DNA of 64,000 nucleotides. Source: Octopus vulgaris (lineage: Eukaryota). Shown piece after piece: positions 14,421 through 29,296 of this stretch. Each line of letters starts with the position of its first letter. Positions within the stretch are counted from its first letter, which is position 1. The stretch is taken from positions 19,034,001 to 19,098,000 of the forward strand of contig OX597842.1 of assembly GCA_951406725.2 (NCBI GenBank), given 5' to 3'. The notes under the pieces were generated by a model. That model had not been told where the DNA came from. It searched no databases and worked only from the letters and a program-made list of their open reading frames with translations. The position numbers were made by a program, and so were the translations under genes.

Positions 14421-14540
14421 TATTACAGCCGTATAATGCTGATTGCACCTTGTCTCGCCTGATCACCGAAGTGAAGCAATGTCGAGCCTGCAGGGTACAT
14501 AGATGGGTGACCGCTTGGACAACCTATGTGCCCAAAGCAT
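14421..14540 (+). pseudogene. 5S rRNA pseudogene
   Basis: ~120 nt aligning end to end with metazoan 5S (ctcgcctgatcaccgaagtgaagcaatgtcgagcc...gtacatagatgggtgaccgcttgg) with many substitutions and no T-run terminator. Confidence 0.8.
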
Positions 14541-14663
14541 CTAACGTATTTTGCAGGGCGGCGAGCTGGCAGGATCGTTAGCACGCCGGACGAAATGCTA
14601 ACCGCTATTTCGACCGTCGCTACGTTCGTAGTGAATGCGGGAGATTAGAAGTAAGACACGTAC

Positions 14664-14875
14664 CTTCTCTTCGTTGACCCATATCTGTCGGATGGTAATG
14701 TACCCTTCCACGTGGCCCGTCCCGAAACGCTAAAAATAGCAGCTGCTATCCCTCAACTGGTCGAAGCACTGACACGTCCTGCACTCACAACTTCCCCGAT
14801 CGAAAAGGGCGCAATCGCCCCAACCCTGTGCGCGCCCTTCCTCTTCCGGTCAGCTTCCTAGCCGCTGACGTAATC
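14664..14875 (-). promoter_or_regulatory. Putative promoter and non-coding exon 1 (copy 1)
   Basis: CpG-rich island in AT-rich DNA; ETS CCGGAAG (14843-14849), CRE-like TGACGTAA (14866-14873), donor AG|GTACGT at 14664. Confidence 0.5.
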
Positions 14876-15522
14876 CCACAGTTCCCAGTTCAAATCCCAC
14901 CATGATCGATTGTGCCTTTCATCGTTTCCGGGTCGATAAAATAAGTACCCATTGACTAAACCCCATCCTCTAGAAGAAGGATATTTTTAGTAAGAGGGAT
15001 TGTTTAGTGTGAGAAAATGTTAGTAATTGTACACGGTTGGCATGGATAGCATGGCTCTAATAAGCATAATCCTTCAGTATGGGAGATTTAAGAAAGTAAA
15101 TAGAAATTAAAGGGGAAATAAGTAGGTTTCCATTCCTTACACCGAATCAGTATTGGAGTAACTTTTGAATTTCACTAAATTAACCAAATTATTAAACAAG
15201 ATTCTTCAGTGTTTGGCAACGGCGTTGACTAATTATGAATTAACTTGCACTTCACTGAGTATTTGCTGGTGTACAAGATGCATCCTTACTTTACCAGAAT
15301 ATTTAGGGCAGAAACCAGATTAATACGTTTCGTCATTCAGCCATTGGAAAACGTTTTAAAGTAGTTTTGTAGAGAAAATGTGGCTGCATTTCGCTTTGAC
15401 CCTTTAACATTTAACATTGTTCAATGTGATGAAGATGACAGGAATTGAACTCATGATTGAGCCATGCGCCTTCAAATATATATGAGAAGTTACATAGCTT
15501 CATAAATATATATATATATATA

Positions 15523-15925
15523 TCCTACAAGGATCGCCCAGCGTTGCTCGGGTTTATTTTCTTTTCGACCCTTCAGAATTGGAATTTTTGAAAAGTAAAA
15601 ATCTTGCATTATGTAGCTTGTTATTCTGTAAAAGTGAACAGTTTTCTGGTTGAAATACACCGAAAAACGGTGACACAGCAGTCAAAGAATTGTAAAAATT
15701 AGGGATTCTCATAGTAAAAAAAGCACCTTTCTGATCTAAATAATTTTTGGTGTTGACATGGTGCGATTTGAATTTTTTCTTCTACGGAAGGAAGAGCAAG
15801 CTTTCTTTTATCATACTCTCAATTTTGGTCAACTTGCGCCACAGTGTCTCGGTAGAGATAGTGTTAGTTGAAGGCTACAAAACCTGCATCACACACACAG
15901 ACAACTTCAGCTTTATATATATAGA
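15523..15925 (-). mobile_element. Non-autonomous Helitron-like element (also ~23570-23970, 34219-34613, 3' stub 33747-33805)
   Basis: Minus strand starts TCTATATATATAAAGCTG; the 34219 and 33747 copies end with a GC-rich hairpin region and CTAG|T. Confidence 0.65.
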
Positions 15926-16558
15926 TATATCGTGCAATGCCACTCCCTGTAAGAAGCATTTGTGCCAGTTCATGTAAAAAGCACACATGCTGATCCATGT
16001 GGTTATTCAACTTACTCCTTCCCCTGAAATTGTTGGCCTTGTGCCAAAATACTGTCAGATACAATAATGCCTTGATATATGAGTTAATTTCTTCCTGGAG
16101 ATTGCTCCTAAAGTGAAAACTCATAAAGCAAAGCAATAATTTCCCATAGAAGCAATGTTATAAATTGTAATTCATTCCCAGAAAAATATTTTACCAATAA
16201 AATTTATAATACTTGTAAATAAATGACAATAAAACAACAGTAGAATGTAAAGAATATTTTATGTAAAGTCAAAAACAATGTCAAGATTATTTAGAATAGA
16301 TAAAATATTATTATTATAATTGTTTTCTGAATCGCTTTGAAAAGACTCAGGGACACCATCATTTGTAGACGTGACCACTGATTCACAAGAAACAAGTCTA
16401 GAGTTGTTTACTGAGAAGCATTCCTTTGCTCTTTATAAACTTCTTGGTAAGACACAGATGCATTTGTTATGGTAGTAGAAACTTTCAAAATTTGGATGTT
16501 GTGCTTGAAAAATAAAACTCATAAACAATGTCTGTAACTTGGGAAATGAATCTATTCC

Positions 16559-17939
<1,381 letters not shown>

Positions 17940-19214
17940 AATTTTCCTTTCTCTCGTCACAGTACACAAAGGTTTTCCTTCTTCTCGTATATTGCTCTTA
18001 ACAAATATTTCTACTGATATATCTCCATCAAAAGTGATCTTTGTTAATATCTGAAGATGCTGCAAACTGCCTTCTTAATTGCTTTAACTCATTAACATTT
18101 AGATTACTCTGTCAAATATAACATTTATTGAAATTCTTCTGAATTAATCATTCATTATGTTATCATGTTCAGATTTCAATGTTGTGATTGTTTACTTTTA
18201 GAATGACCTTGTAGGGTGGGTGTGAGGGGTGGGATCTGGCTAGTATGAATATAAAACACACAAAAATATGGCCAGTTTAACCGTTTAGCATTGAGATTCC
18301 TTTGTGAAATGTAATGCTTATTTATTCATATAGTTTTGAATTAATCATGGATTATCTCATAGCTTTGAGACTTCAGTGATTTGATTGTTTATGTTTAAAC
18401 TGACACTGCAGGGTGAGTGTGAGAGGTCAGAATATTTGTGCTAGTTTAAATGCTAAATGATTAATTAATATGCAAATATAATTTTCTGTGTATTCCAGAC
18501 AATAAAGAAGAGAAATTTTGCTACATATATGTCAGAGTTCAGAAGATATATTTTGCAGTAATTCAGTAAATATTATAGAAACAGGGTTATACGTGTTTTG
18601 TATAACATCTTTGCTCAGTCTTCAAAAGACTTTCCATTCTAATGACGTTGCTTATGTCAAAATCCTGTGAAGCAGATGTCATCTGATAATCTGAAACGAA
18701 AGAGAAACAACAGTGTAAAACATACAAGATAATTAGGAATTAGAGAGATTAAAGCAGTGAAAGTTTTACTACATTTTTATATAGACATGGCCATAGAAGT
18801 GCAGGGATGGTTGTGTGGTAAGAAGTTGACTTCCCAACCACATGGTCCTGGGTTCAGTCCCAGAGTGGCCAATCAAAGACATGTTTGATGGAAACTGAAA
18901 GAAGCTTGACATGTAACAAATACCAAAATGAATTCTAATCGAAATAAGCAAAACAGAAATTTAAATACGAAGAACCATTTGATAAGTCACCTGATGGGAC
19001 ATGTCTGCATCAAAGGATGCCCCACAACTGTTCGTACAGAATCTCACCTGCGAGGCACAGATACACGATGGGTTGAAACAATCATAGTGAATACTAGTCT
19101 TGGAAATTCTATTTTCTTTCTCTTTCTCTCATTTTTTAAACTCTATTGACATGAAGGAATTCCTCAAATAAATCCAGTGTCATTTATATCCATACTGTAG
19201 ATGACATCAGATAG

Positions 19215-19513
<299 letters not shown>

Positions 19514-20324
19514 AGGTGTATATATAAATTTTAAATTATTACTTCATCATCATTTAAATTCCATTTTACACACTGGCATGGGTTGAATGGTTTGAAAGGA
19601 GCTAACCAGCTGAAGGGCTCATCAGGCCCCATCTCTATCTTAAAATAGTTTCTATTGCTGGATGCCCTTTCTAAAACAAACCCTTTACAGAATGTACTGG
19701 GTGATATTACGCAGTACCACTGGGTGCTTTTACGTGGTATCAGCACCCATGAGCCTGCAGGATTAGGGATGCTCAGCTGGAGGGGGTCGGAAGGGACAAG
19801 CTTGTATGCAAGGGCAACCATGCTTTTACTTAGCTTGATGTGTCTTTTCAAACACAGCAAACTGCCAGGATTCTCGTTTCCTGATCCCCTTCATTTAATG
19901 TCTGCCTTCAATACCAGTATCTGTTGGATGGTTTGGTAGGAGGTGGTCAGTCAGAAGACTGCCCCAGACTTGTGTGTCTGTTTTGGCTCAGCTTTTACAG
20001 CTGGATGCTCTTCCTAACACCAACCATACTACAGAGTGTATTGAGTACATTTTAAGTGGAAAGATCACAAGCAAGGTCAGTTTTGGCACAGCTTTTTACA
20101 TTTAATGTCCATTTACCATGCTTCGCTGGGTTGGTTGGTTTGACCTGTGCTGGCAAACAGGGGTGCTGCACCCAGTTCCTGCCTGATTTCGATTGCTTTC
20201 TACAGCTGGACACTCTTCTTAACGCCAACCACTTTAGAGACTGTATCGAGAACTTCTCACATGGTCCTTAAATGGGAGCTTTTTATGCAGAGCAGTATAG
20301 ATGCCCTTTACATAGATCACCATG

Positions 20325-20359
<35 letters not shown>

Positions 20360-21386
20360 GTATTTGTTTTTTTATGCCTGGAACTCATTTTATGAGTCTG
20401 CTGCCGAAAGTTCCAGGGATGTAAATATACCAACACCGTTTGTTAAGCGGGAATGGGAGGGGAAGAAACACTAACACAAAGACACACACACACACACATA
20501 CACACTGAGACAAATCCAGAATTTCTTTAAAAATTTTAACTTTCATGTGTACGAGCCCACCAAATTTATATTTTCATATTAAATTCCGATAGAATTCTAA
20601 TATACACATTCTGAATGGTATTTATAGCAAATTTCATAAAAACATATTTTTCTATAAATAACTTAATTTTCATAATTTCAGCAGGTTTACAAATAGCATT
20701 TATGATCGGGAAAATGTAAAGAAATCTTGAATATTGTTAAGATTTCCCACTAAAACAGGTTTGTACAAAGAGAAAACCAAATTTAATATAAAATAAGAAG
20801 AAATTATTACTTCACTCACAATTTAATCTCACTCGTTATCTTCGAAATAGTCCTTTCCCCTTCAGTTTTGATACAAAAGTAGAAATTCATCAAGAAAAAT
20901 CATTAATTTCAGACGAGATCAAAGAATATCTGACACCAGAAATATCACTGACAAAAACTTATAAAAAAGGGGAATGTATAAAACATACATTGGTTTGCTT
21001 TAATTACCGAAACGAAATCCCAACGATGTCAATTTTACCTTTCATTGCTTTGGGATGAATAAAATAAAGACCCAGTCAAAACAAGAGGTCGGTGGTAGTT
21101 ACTAACTCCCCCCAAACCACCATCAGTAGGCCTTTTAATAAAAACTTTGCTCCTAGCAGATAACTGAAGAAACAATTATATCAAGGAGAATAACTTGTAC
21201 GAGCGACTGACCAAACTCTACTTTACCACCTTCAGAAAGGCACAACCTATCTGCGCAAAGCATCTAAAGCAATTTGCAGGGCGGCGAGCTGGCAGGATCG
21301 TTAGCACGCCGGACGAAATGCTAACCGCTATTTCGACCGTCGCTACGTTCGTAATGAATGCGGGAGATTAGAAGTAAGACACGTAC

Positions 21387-21598
21387 CTTCTCTTCGTTGA
21401 CCCATATCTGTCCGAAGGTAATGTACCCTTCCACGTGGCCCGTCCCGAAACGCTAAAAATAGCAGCTGCTATCCCTCACCTGGTCGAAGCACTGACACGT
21501 CCTGCACTCACAACTTCCCCGATCGAAAAAGGCGCAATCGCCCCTACCCTATGAGCGCCCTTCCTCTTCCGGTCAGCTTCCTAGCCGCTGACGTCATC
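21387..21598 (-). promoter_or_regulatory. Putative promoter and non-coding exon 1 serving gene A
   Basis: CCGGAAG 21566-21572, perfect CRE TGACGTCA 21589-21596, donor at 21387; candidate exon 2 at ~20820-20947; strong acceptor ctctttcgtttcag at 18691. Confidence 0.55.
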
Positions 21599-22245
21599 CC
21601 ACAGTTCCCAGTTCAAATTCCACCATGGTCGATTGTGCCTTTATCGTTTCGGGGTCGATAAAATAAGTACCAGTTGACTAAACCCCATCCTCAACAAGAA
21701 GGATATTTTTAGTAAGAGGAATGGTTTAGTGTGAGAAAATGTTAGTAATTGTACATGGTTGGCATGGATAGCATGGCTCTAATAAGCATAATCCTTCAGT
21801 ATGGGAGATTTAAGAAAGTAAATAGAAATTAAAGGGGAAATAAGTAGGTTTCCATTCCTTACACCGAATCAGTATTGGAGTAACTTTTGAATTTCACTAA
21901 ATTAGCCAAATTATTAAACAAGATTCTTCAGTGTTTGGCAACGGCGTTGGCTAATTATGAATTAACTTGCACTTCACTGAGTATTTGCTGGTGTACAAGA
22001 CGCATCCTTACTTTACCAGAATATTTAGGGCAGAAACCAGATTAATACGTTTCGTCATTCAGCCATTGGAAAACGTTTTAAAGTAGTTTTGTAGAGAAAA
22101 TGTGGCTGCATTTCGCTTTGACCCTTTAACATTTAACATTGTTCAATGTGATGAAGATGACAGGAATTGAACTCACGATTGAGCCATGCGCCTTCAAATA
22201 TATATGAGAAGTAACATAATAACTTCATATATATATATATATATA

Positions 22246-23552
22246 TCATCATCATCATCATCATCATCGTTTAACGTCCGCTTTCCATGCTAGCATGGGT
22301 TGGACGGTTCAACTGGGGTCTGGGGAGCCCGAAGGCTGCACCAGGCCAGTCAGATCTGGCAGTGTTTCTACAGCTGGATGCCCTTCCTAACGCCAACCAC
22401 TCCGAGAGTATAGTGGGTGATTTTATGTGCCACCGACACAGGTGCCAGACGAGGCTGGCAGACGGCCACGCTCGGATGGTGTTTTTTATGTGCCACCGAC
22501 ACAGGTGCCAGACGAGGCTGGCAGACGGCCACGCTCGGATGGTGTTTTTTATGTGCCACCGACACAGGTGCCAGACGAGGCTGGCAGACGGCCACGCTCG
22601 GATGGTGTTTTTTATGTGCCACCGACACAGGTGCCAGATGAGGCTGGCAGACGGCCACGCTCGGGTTGTGTTTTCAGTGTTTTCTTATGTGCCACCGGTT
22701 TTGGTGCCTCAAGGATACAAATTCCATTGATGTTCATCTATTTTGATTTGGTTTGATTTGATTTGATTTGATTTTCACTTGCCTCAACAGGTCTTCACAA
22801 GTGTCACAAGCAGGAAGGTATGCACAGGTGGACTGACTACATCCCAGGTAGGGGCCACGGGTTATGGCTTCCCTAGTCTTGCCGGGTCTTCTCATGCACA
22901 GCATACTTCCATAGGTCTCGGTCTCTAGTCATTTCCATGGTGAGACCTAACGTTCGAAGGTCGTGCTTCACCACCTCATCCCAGGTGTTCCTGGGTCTAC
23001 CTCTTCCACGGGTTTCCTCAACTGCTAGGGATTGGCACTTTCTCACACACCTATCTTCATCCATTCTCGCCACATGACCATACCAGCGCAATCGTCTCTC
23101 TTGCACACCACAACTGATGCTTCTTAGGTACAACATTTCTCTCAAGGAACTAACGCTCTGTCGAGTAAGTACACTGACATTACACATCCATCGGAGCATA
23201 CTGGCTTCATTCCTCATGAGCTTACGCATGTCCTCAGCAGTCACGGCCCATGTTTCACTGCCATGTAGCATGGCAGTTCGTTCACATGCATCATACAGTC
23301 TGCCTTTTACTCTGAGCAAGAGGTCTTTAGTCACCAGCAGAGGTAAGAGCTCCCTAAACTTTGCCCAGGCTATTCTTATTCTAGCAGTTACACTCTCAGC
23401 GCACCCACCCCCACTACTGACTTGGTCACCTAGATAACGGAAGCTATTAACTACTTCTAATTTTTCCCCCTGGAAAGTGACGGAAGTTGTTTTCTGGGAC
23501 GTAGTCAGTCCACCTGTGCATACCTTCCTGCTTGTGACACTTGTGAAGACCC
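22246..23552 (-). mobile_element. RTE LINE, 5'-truncated, inserted in a (TA)n tract of unit B only
   Basis: FRYLGD..HGSETW..RRLRWYGHVARM..GRGRPRNTW..HEKTRQD* open to the stop at 22873; empty site at ~15505-15523 in unit A. Confidence 0.93.
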
Positions 23553-24604
23553 TATATATATATATATATCCTACAAGAATCGCCAAGTGTTGCTCGCATT
23601 TGTTTTCTTTTTGACCCTTTAGAATTGGAATTTTTGAAAAGTAAAAATCTTGCATTATGTAGCTTGTTATCCTCTTTAAGTGAACATTTTTCTGGTTGAA
23701 ATACACCAAAAAACGGTGACACAGCAGTCAAAGAATCGTAAAAAGTAGGGATTTTCATAGAAAAAAAACACCGTTCTGATCTAAATAATTTTTGTTGTTG
23801 ACATGGTGCGATTTGAATTTTTTCTTCTACGGAAGGAAGAGCAAGCCTTCTTTTATCATACTCTCAATTTTGGTCAACTTGCGCTACAATGTCTCGGTAG
23901 AGATAGTGTTAGTTGAAGGCTACAAAACCTGCCACACACACAGACAACTTCAGCTTTATATATATAGATATATCGTGCAATGCCACTCCCTGTAAGAAGC
24001 ATTTGTGCCAGTTCATGTAAAAAGCACACATGCTGATCCATGTGGTTATTCAACTTACTCCTTCCCCTGAAATTGCTGGCCTTGTGCCAAAATAATGTCA
24101 GATACAATAATGCCTTGATATATGAGTTAATTTCTTCCTGGAGATTGCTCCTAAAGTGAAAACTCATAAAGCAAAGCAATAATTTCCCATAGAAGCAATG
24201 TTATAAATTGTAATTCATTCCTAGAAAAATATTTTACCAATAAAATTTATAATACTTGTAAATAAATGACAATAAAACAACAGTAGAATGTAAAGAATAT
24301 TTTATGTAAAGTCAAAAACAATGTCAAGATCATTTAGAATAGACAAAATATTATTATTACTATTGTTTTCTAAATCGCTTTGAAAAGACTCAGGGACACC
24401 ATCATTTGTAGACGTGACCACTGATTCACAAGAAACAAGTCTAGAGCTGTTTACTGAAAAGCATTCTTTTGCGTTTTATAAACTTCTTGGTAAGACACAA
24501 ATGCATTTGTTATGGTAGTAGAAACTTTCAAAATTTGGATGTTGTGCTTGAAAAATAAAACTCATAAACAATGTCTGTACCTTGGGAAATGAATCTATTC
24601 CTCA

Positions 24605-24754
<150 letters not shown>

Positions 24755-25386
24755 TCAGATTTCACAGTGATATGGCTCCTGTCTTGTATGAATGCGGATG
24801 TGAATAGTTACGCGACCATTTTGAGAGAAGGATTTACCACAGATTTCACAGTGATATGGCTTCTGTCTTGTATGAATGCGGATGTGAATAGTTACGCAAC
24901 CATTTTGAGAAAAGGATTTACCACAGATTTCACAGTGATATGGCTTCTGTCTTGTATGAATGCGGATGTGAATAGTTACGCAACCATTTTGAGAAAAGGA
25001 TTTACCACAGATTTCACAGTGATATGGCTTCTGTCTTGTATGAATGCGGATGTGAATAGTTACGCAACCATTTTGAGAAAAGGATTCACCACAGATTTCA
25101 CAGTGATATGGTTTCACACTTGAATGAATGTTTTTGCGAACAGTTAACCTGGGTCCATCAGAGAATGACTTACCACAGATACCGCAATGATATGACTTCT
25201 CTCCTGTGTGAATACGTATCTGATTAGTTAAGATTCTATTTTCATAAAATAATTTACCACAGATATGACATTGCTACAGCTTCTCTCATGTATGAATGCG
25301 TCTGTGATTAGTCACGCCTTTATTTTGAAAGAATGATTTACCACAGATTTCGCAGTGATATGGTTTTTTGCCCCTGTATGAATGTA

Positions 25387-26388
25387 TCAGTGATTAAGCA
25401 GCTGAGTATTTTGAGAAAATGATTTACCAGAGATATCACAATGATATGGTTTTTCTCCTGTATGAACACGCCTGTGCTTGGTTAAGGTATCGTTTCGAGA
25501 GAAAGATTTACCACAGATTTCACAGTGATATGGTTTTTCTCCTGTATGAACACGACTGTGCATGGTTAATTGATCGTTTCGAGAGAATGATTTACCACAG
25601 ATTTCACAGTGATATGGTACTTCCCCTGTATGAACACGCCTGTGCTTGGTTAAGGTATCCTTTCGAGAGAAAGATTTACCACAGACTTCACAGTGATATG
25701 GTTTCTCTCCTGTGTGAATGCATTTATGAATAGTCAAGTGATCGTTTTGAGAGAATGATATACCACAGATATCACAGTGATATGGTTTCTCTTCTGTGTG
25801 AACAGTACGCTTGTGCATTGTTAAGGTACTAGTTTCAGAGAAAGATTTACCACAGATATCACACCGATATGGCTTTTCACCTGTGTGAATACGTATGTGT
25901 CTAGGTAAGTAACTTTTATCAAAGAATGATTTACCACAAATATCACAGTGACATCGTTTTTCTCCTGTATGAACACGCTTGTGAATAGTTACTTTACTAA
26001 TTTCAGAGTAGGATTTACCACAGATATCACAGTGATATGGTTTTTCTCCTGTATGAATGGATTTGTGCCTAGTTAAGTTAGAACTTTGAGAGAATGATTT
26101 ATCACAGATATCACAGCGATATGGCTTCTCACCTGTATGAATGCGTTTGTGGGTAGTTAAATGACCATTTTCAGAGAAAGATTTACCACAGATTTCACAG
26201 TGATATGGTTTTTCACCTGTATGAGTACGTTCGTGAATGACTAACTTAGCTTTCTGAGAGAACGACTTGCCACAGATATCACAATCAAATGCTGTTTTGC
26301 CCTTTTCATTCTTCTCCTCATCAGAAAAATCAATCTCTTCAGACTCTCTTTTACATTCAACTTCACTCCGATACAATTCATTTTCCAT
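25387..26388 (-). CDS. C2H2 zinc-finger protein B, 333 aa, 10 complete fingers
   Basis: Open frame from MENELY with TGEKPY linkers; splice acceptor at 27142; decayed fingers continue past the stop to 24602. Confidence 0.88.
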   Translation of the reverse strand: MENELYRSEVECKRESEEIDFSDEEKNEKGKTAFDCDICGKSFSQKAKLVIHERTHTGEKPYHCEICGKSFSENGHLTTHKRIHTGEKPYRCDICDKSFSQSSNLTRHKSIHTGEKPYHCDICGKSYSEISKVTIHKRVHTGEKRCHCDICGKSFFDKSYLPRHIRIHTGEKPYRCDICGKSFSETSTLTMHKRTVHTEEKPYHCDICGISFSQNDHLTIHKCIHTGEKPYHCEVCGKSFSRKDTLTKHRRVHTGEVPYHCEICGKSFSRNDQLTMHSRVHTGEKPYHCEICGKSFSRNDTLTKHRRVHTGEKPYHCDISGKSFSQNTQLLNH

Positions 26389-27689
26389 AATTTTCCTTTC
26401 TCTCGTCACAGTACACAAAGGTTTTCCTTCTTCTTGTATATTGCTCTTAACAAATATTTCTACTGATATATCTCCATCAAAAGTGTTCTTTATTAATATC
26501 TGAAGATGCTGCAAACTGCCTTCTTAATTGCTTTAACTCATTAACATTCAGATCACTCTGTCAAATAGAATGCTTATTGAAATTCTTCTGAATTAATTAT
26601 TCATTATGTTATCATGTTCAGATTTCAATGTTGTGATTGTTTATTTTTAGAATGACCTTGTAGGGTGGGTGTGAGGGGTGGGATCTGGCTAGTATGAATA
26701 TAAAACACCCAAAAATATGGCCAGTTTAACCGTTTAGCATTGAGATTCCTTTGTGAAATGTAATGCTTATTTATTCATATTCTTTTGAATTAATCATGGA
26801 TTATCTCATAGCTTTGAGACTTCAGTGATTTGATTGTTTATGTTTAAATTGACACTGCAAGGTGAGTGTGAGAGGTCACAATATTTGTGCTAGTTTAAAT
26901 GCTAAATGATTAATTAATATGCAAATATAATTTTCTGTGTACTCCAGACAATAAAGAAGAGAAATTTTGCAAAATATATGTCAGAGTTCAGAAGATATAT
27001 TTTGCAGTAATTCAGTAAATATTCATAGAAACAGGGTTATACGTGTTTTGTATAACATCTTTGCTCAGTCTTCAAAAGACTTTCCATTCTAATGACGTTG
27101 CTTATGTAAAAATTCTTGTGAAGCAGATGTCATCTGATAATCTGAAACGAAAGAGAAACAACAGTGTAAAACATACAAGATAATTAGGAATTAGAGAGAT
27201 TAAAGCAGTGAAAGTTTTACTACATTTTTATATAGACATGGCTGTAGAAGTGCAGGGATGGTCGTGTGGTAAGAAGTTGGCTTCCCAACCACATGGTCCT
27301 GGGTTCAGTCCCAGAGTGGCCAATTAAAGATATGTTTGATGGAAACTGAAAGAAGCTTGACATGTAACAAATACCAAAATGAATTCTAATCGAAATAAGC
27401 AAAACAGAAATTTAAATACGAGGAACCATTTGATAAGTCATCTGATGAGACATGTTTGCATCAAAGGATGCCCCACAACTGTTCGTACAGAATCTCACCT
27501 GCGAGGCACAGATGCACGATGGGTTGAAACAATCATAGTGAATACTAGTCTTGGAAATTCTATTTTCTTTCTATTTCTCTCATGTTTTAAACTCTACTGA
27601 CATGAAGGAATTCCTCAAATAAATCCAGTGTCATTTATATCCATACTGTAGATGACATCAGATAGCCAAATACAGTGGGAAGGCTATCT

Positions 27690-27965
27690 AAAATAATTGA
27701 TTTATCTGATGATGTAGAGAATGAAGAGGGCAAGACATCATATGATTGTGATACCTGTGGTAAATTATTCTCTCGGAAAACTAACTTACTCACTCACCGA
27801 CGTATTCATACAGGAGAGAAGCCATATCATTGTGATACCTGTGGTAGATCATTCTCTGAAAATCAAGGCTTGTCTAGGCACAGACGCGTCCATACAGGTG
27901 AGAAGCCATATCACTGTGATATCTGTGGCAAATCGTTCGCTCAGAAAGGCAATGATATACTATAA
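27690..27965 (+). pseudogene. Inverted C2H2 mini-copy in unit B (open frame, 2.5 fingers)
   Basis: ORF 27675-27965, paralogous to 19240-19513. Confidence 0.8.
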
Positions 27966-28775
27966 GGTGTATATATAAATTTTAAATTATTACTTCATCA
28001 TCATTTAAATTCCATTTTACAAGCTGGCATGGGTTGAATGGTTTGAAAGGAGCTAACCAGCTGAGGGGCTGTTCAGGCCCCATCTCTATCTTAAAATAAT
28101 TTCTATTGCTGGATGCCCTTTCTAACACAAATCCTTTACAGAATGTACTGGGTGATATTATGCAGTACCACTGGGTGCTTTTTACGTGGTATCAGCACCC
28201 ATGAGCCTGCAGGATTAGGGATGCTCAGCTGGAGGGGTCGCAAGGGACAAGCTTGTATGCAAGGGCACCCATGCTTTTACTTAGCTTGCTGTGTCTTTTC
28301 AAACACAGCAAACTGCCAGGACTCTCGTTTCCTTATCCCCGTCATATAATGTCCACCTTCAATACCAGTATCTGTTGGATGGTTTGGTAGGAGGTGGTCA
28401 GTCAGGAGACTGCCCCAGACTTGTGTGTCTGTTTTGGCTCAGCTTCTACAGCTAGATGCTCTTCCTAACACCAACCATACTACAGAGTGTATTGAGTACA
28501 TTTTAAGTGGCAAGATCACAGGCAAGGTCAGTTTTGGCACAGCTTTTTACATTTAATGTCCATTTACCATGCTTCCCTGGGTTGGTTGGTTTGACCTGTG
28601 CTGGCAAACAGGGGTGCTGCCCCCAGTTCCTGCCTGATTTAGATTGTTTTCTACAGCTGGACACTCTTCTTAACGCCAACCACTTTAGAGCCTGTATCGA
28701 GATCTTCTCATATGGTACATGTATGGGGGTTTTTTATGCAAAGCAGTATAGATGCCCTTTACATAGATCACCATG

Positions 28776-28807
<32 letters not shown>

Positions 28808-28992
28808 TAATTATTTGAGGGAATATAAATCCAAACTCACGACGAAAAAAATTCAATTTAGAAATACTGAATCAAATTTCACAATATAATATATAATAGC
28901 GGTGCCCCAGCGTGGCCACAGCTCATAAGCTGAAACTAGAATCAATCAATCAATCATATATATAATAAATTTCAAGAAAATAACACCTATAC

Positions 28993-29016
<24 letters not shown>

Positions 29017-29025
<9 letters not shown>

Positions 29026-29296
29026 AAAACTACCTTTTATCAATTGAAAAGGAACAATTAAATTACACCATCTAGAAAATTACATAAAATAGAATTATTA
29101 AAATTAAAATAACAATAAAATATCCATGATTAAGTAAATTGCAAAAAAAATAAAAACTTATATAATTGATAGAATAACGACACGTCATTGATATTTTATT
29201 GTTATTTTAATTTTAATAATTCTATTATATGTAATTTTCTAGATGGTGTAATTTAATTGTTCATTTTGAATTGAGAAAAGGTGGTATTTTTCTAAT
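29017..29296. repeat. AT-rich fold-back (~110-bp arms) in (TA)n; related single arms at ~31750-31890 and ~32240-32290
   Basis: gaacaattaaattacaccatctagaaaattacat mirrored by atgtaattttctagatggtgtaatttaattgttc. Confidence 0.85.

Noticed and set aside
14421-14540. Functional 5S rRNA gene
   Set aside because: Many substitutions, weak terminal helix, no oligo-T terminator, deleted in the sister copies
17940-18065. N-terminal extension MQHLQIL.. as an effector domain such as KRAB
   Set aside because: Begins at a non-ATG codon; the first shared ATG is MENEL and no known domain is recognisable
25387-25389. Editable UGA stop allowing read-through into downstream fingers
   Set aside because: Both B and C2 have a frameshift a few codons after the stop, so read-through would not restore fingers
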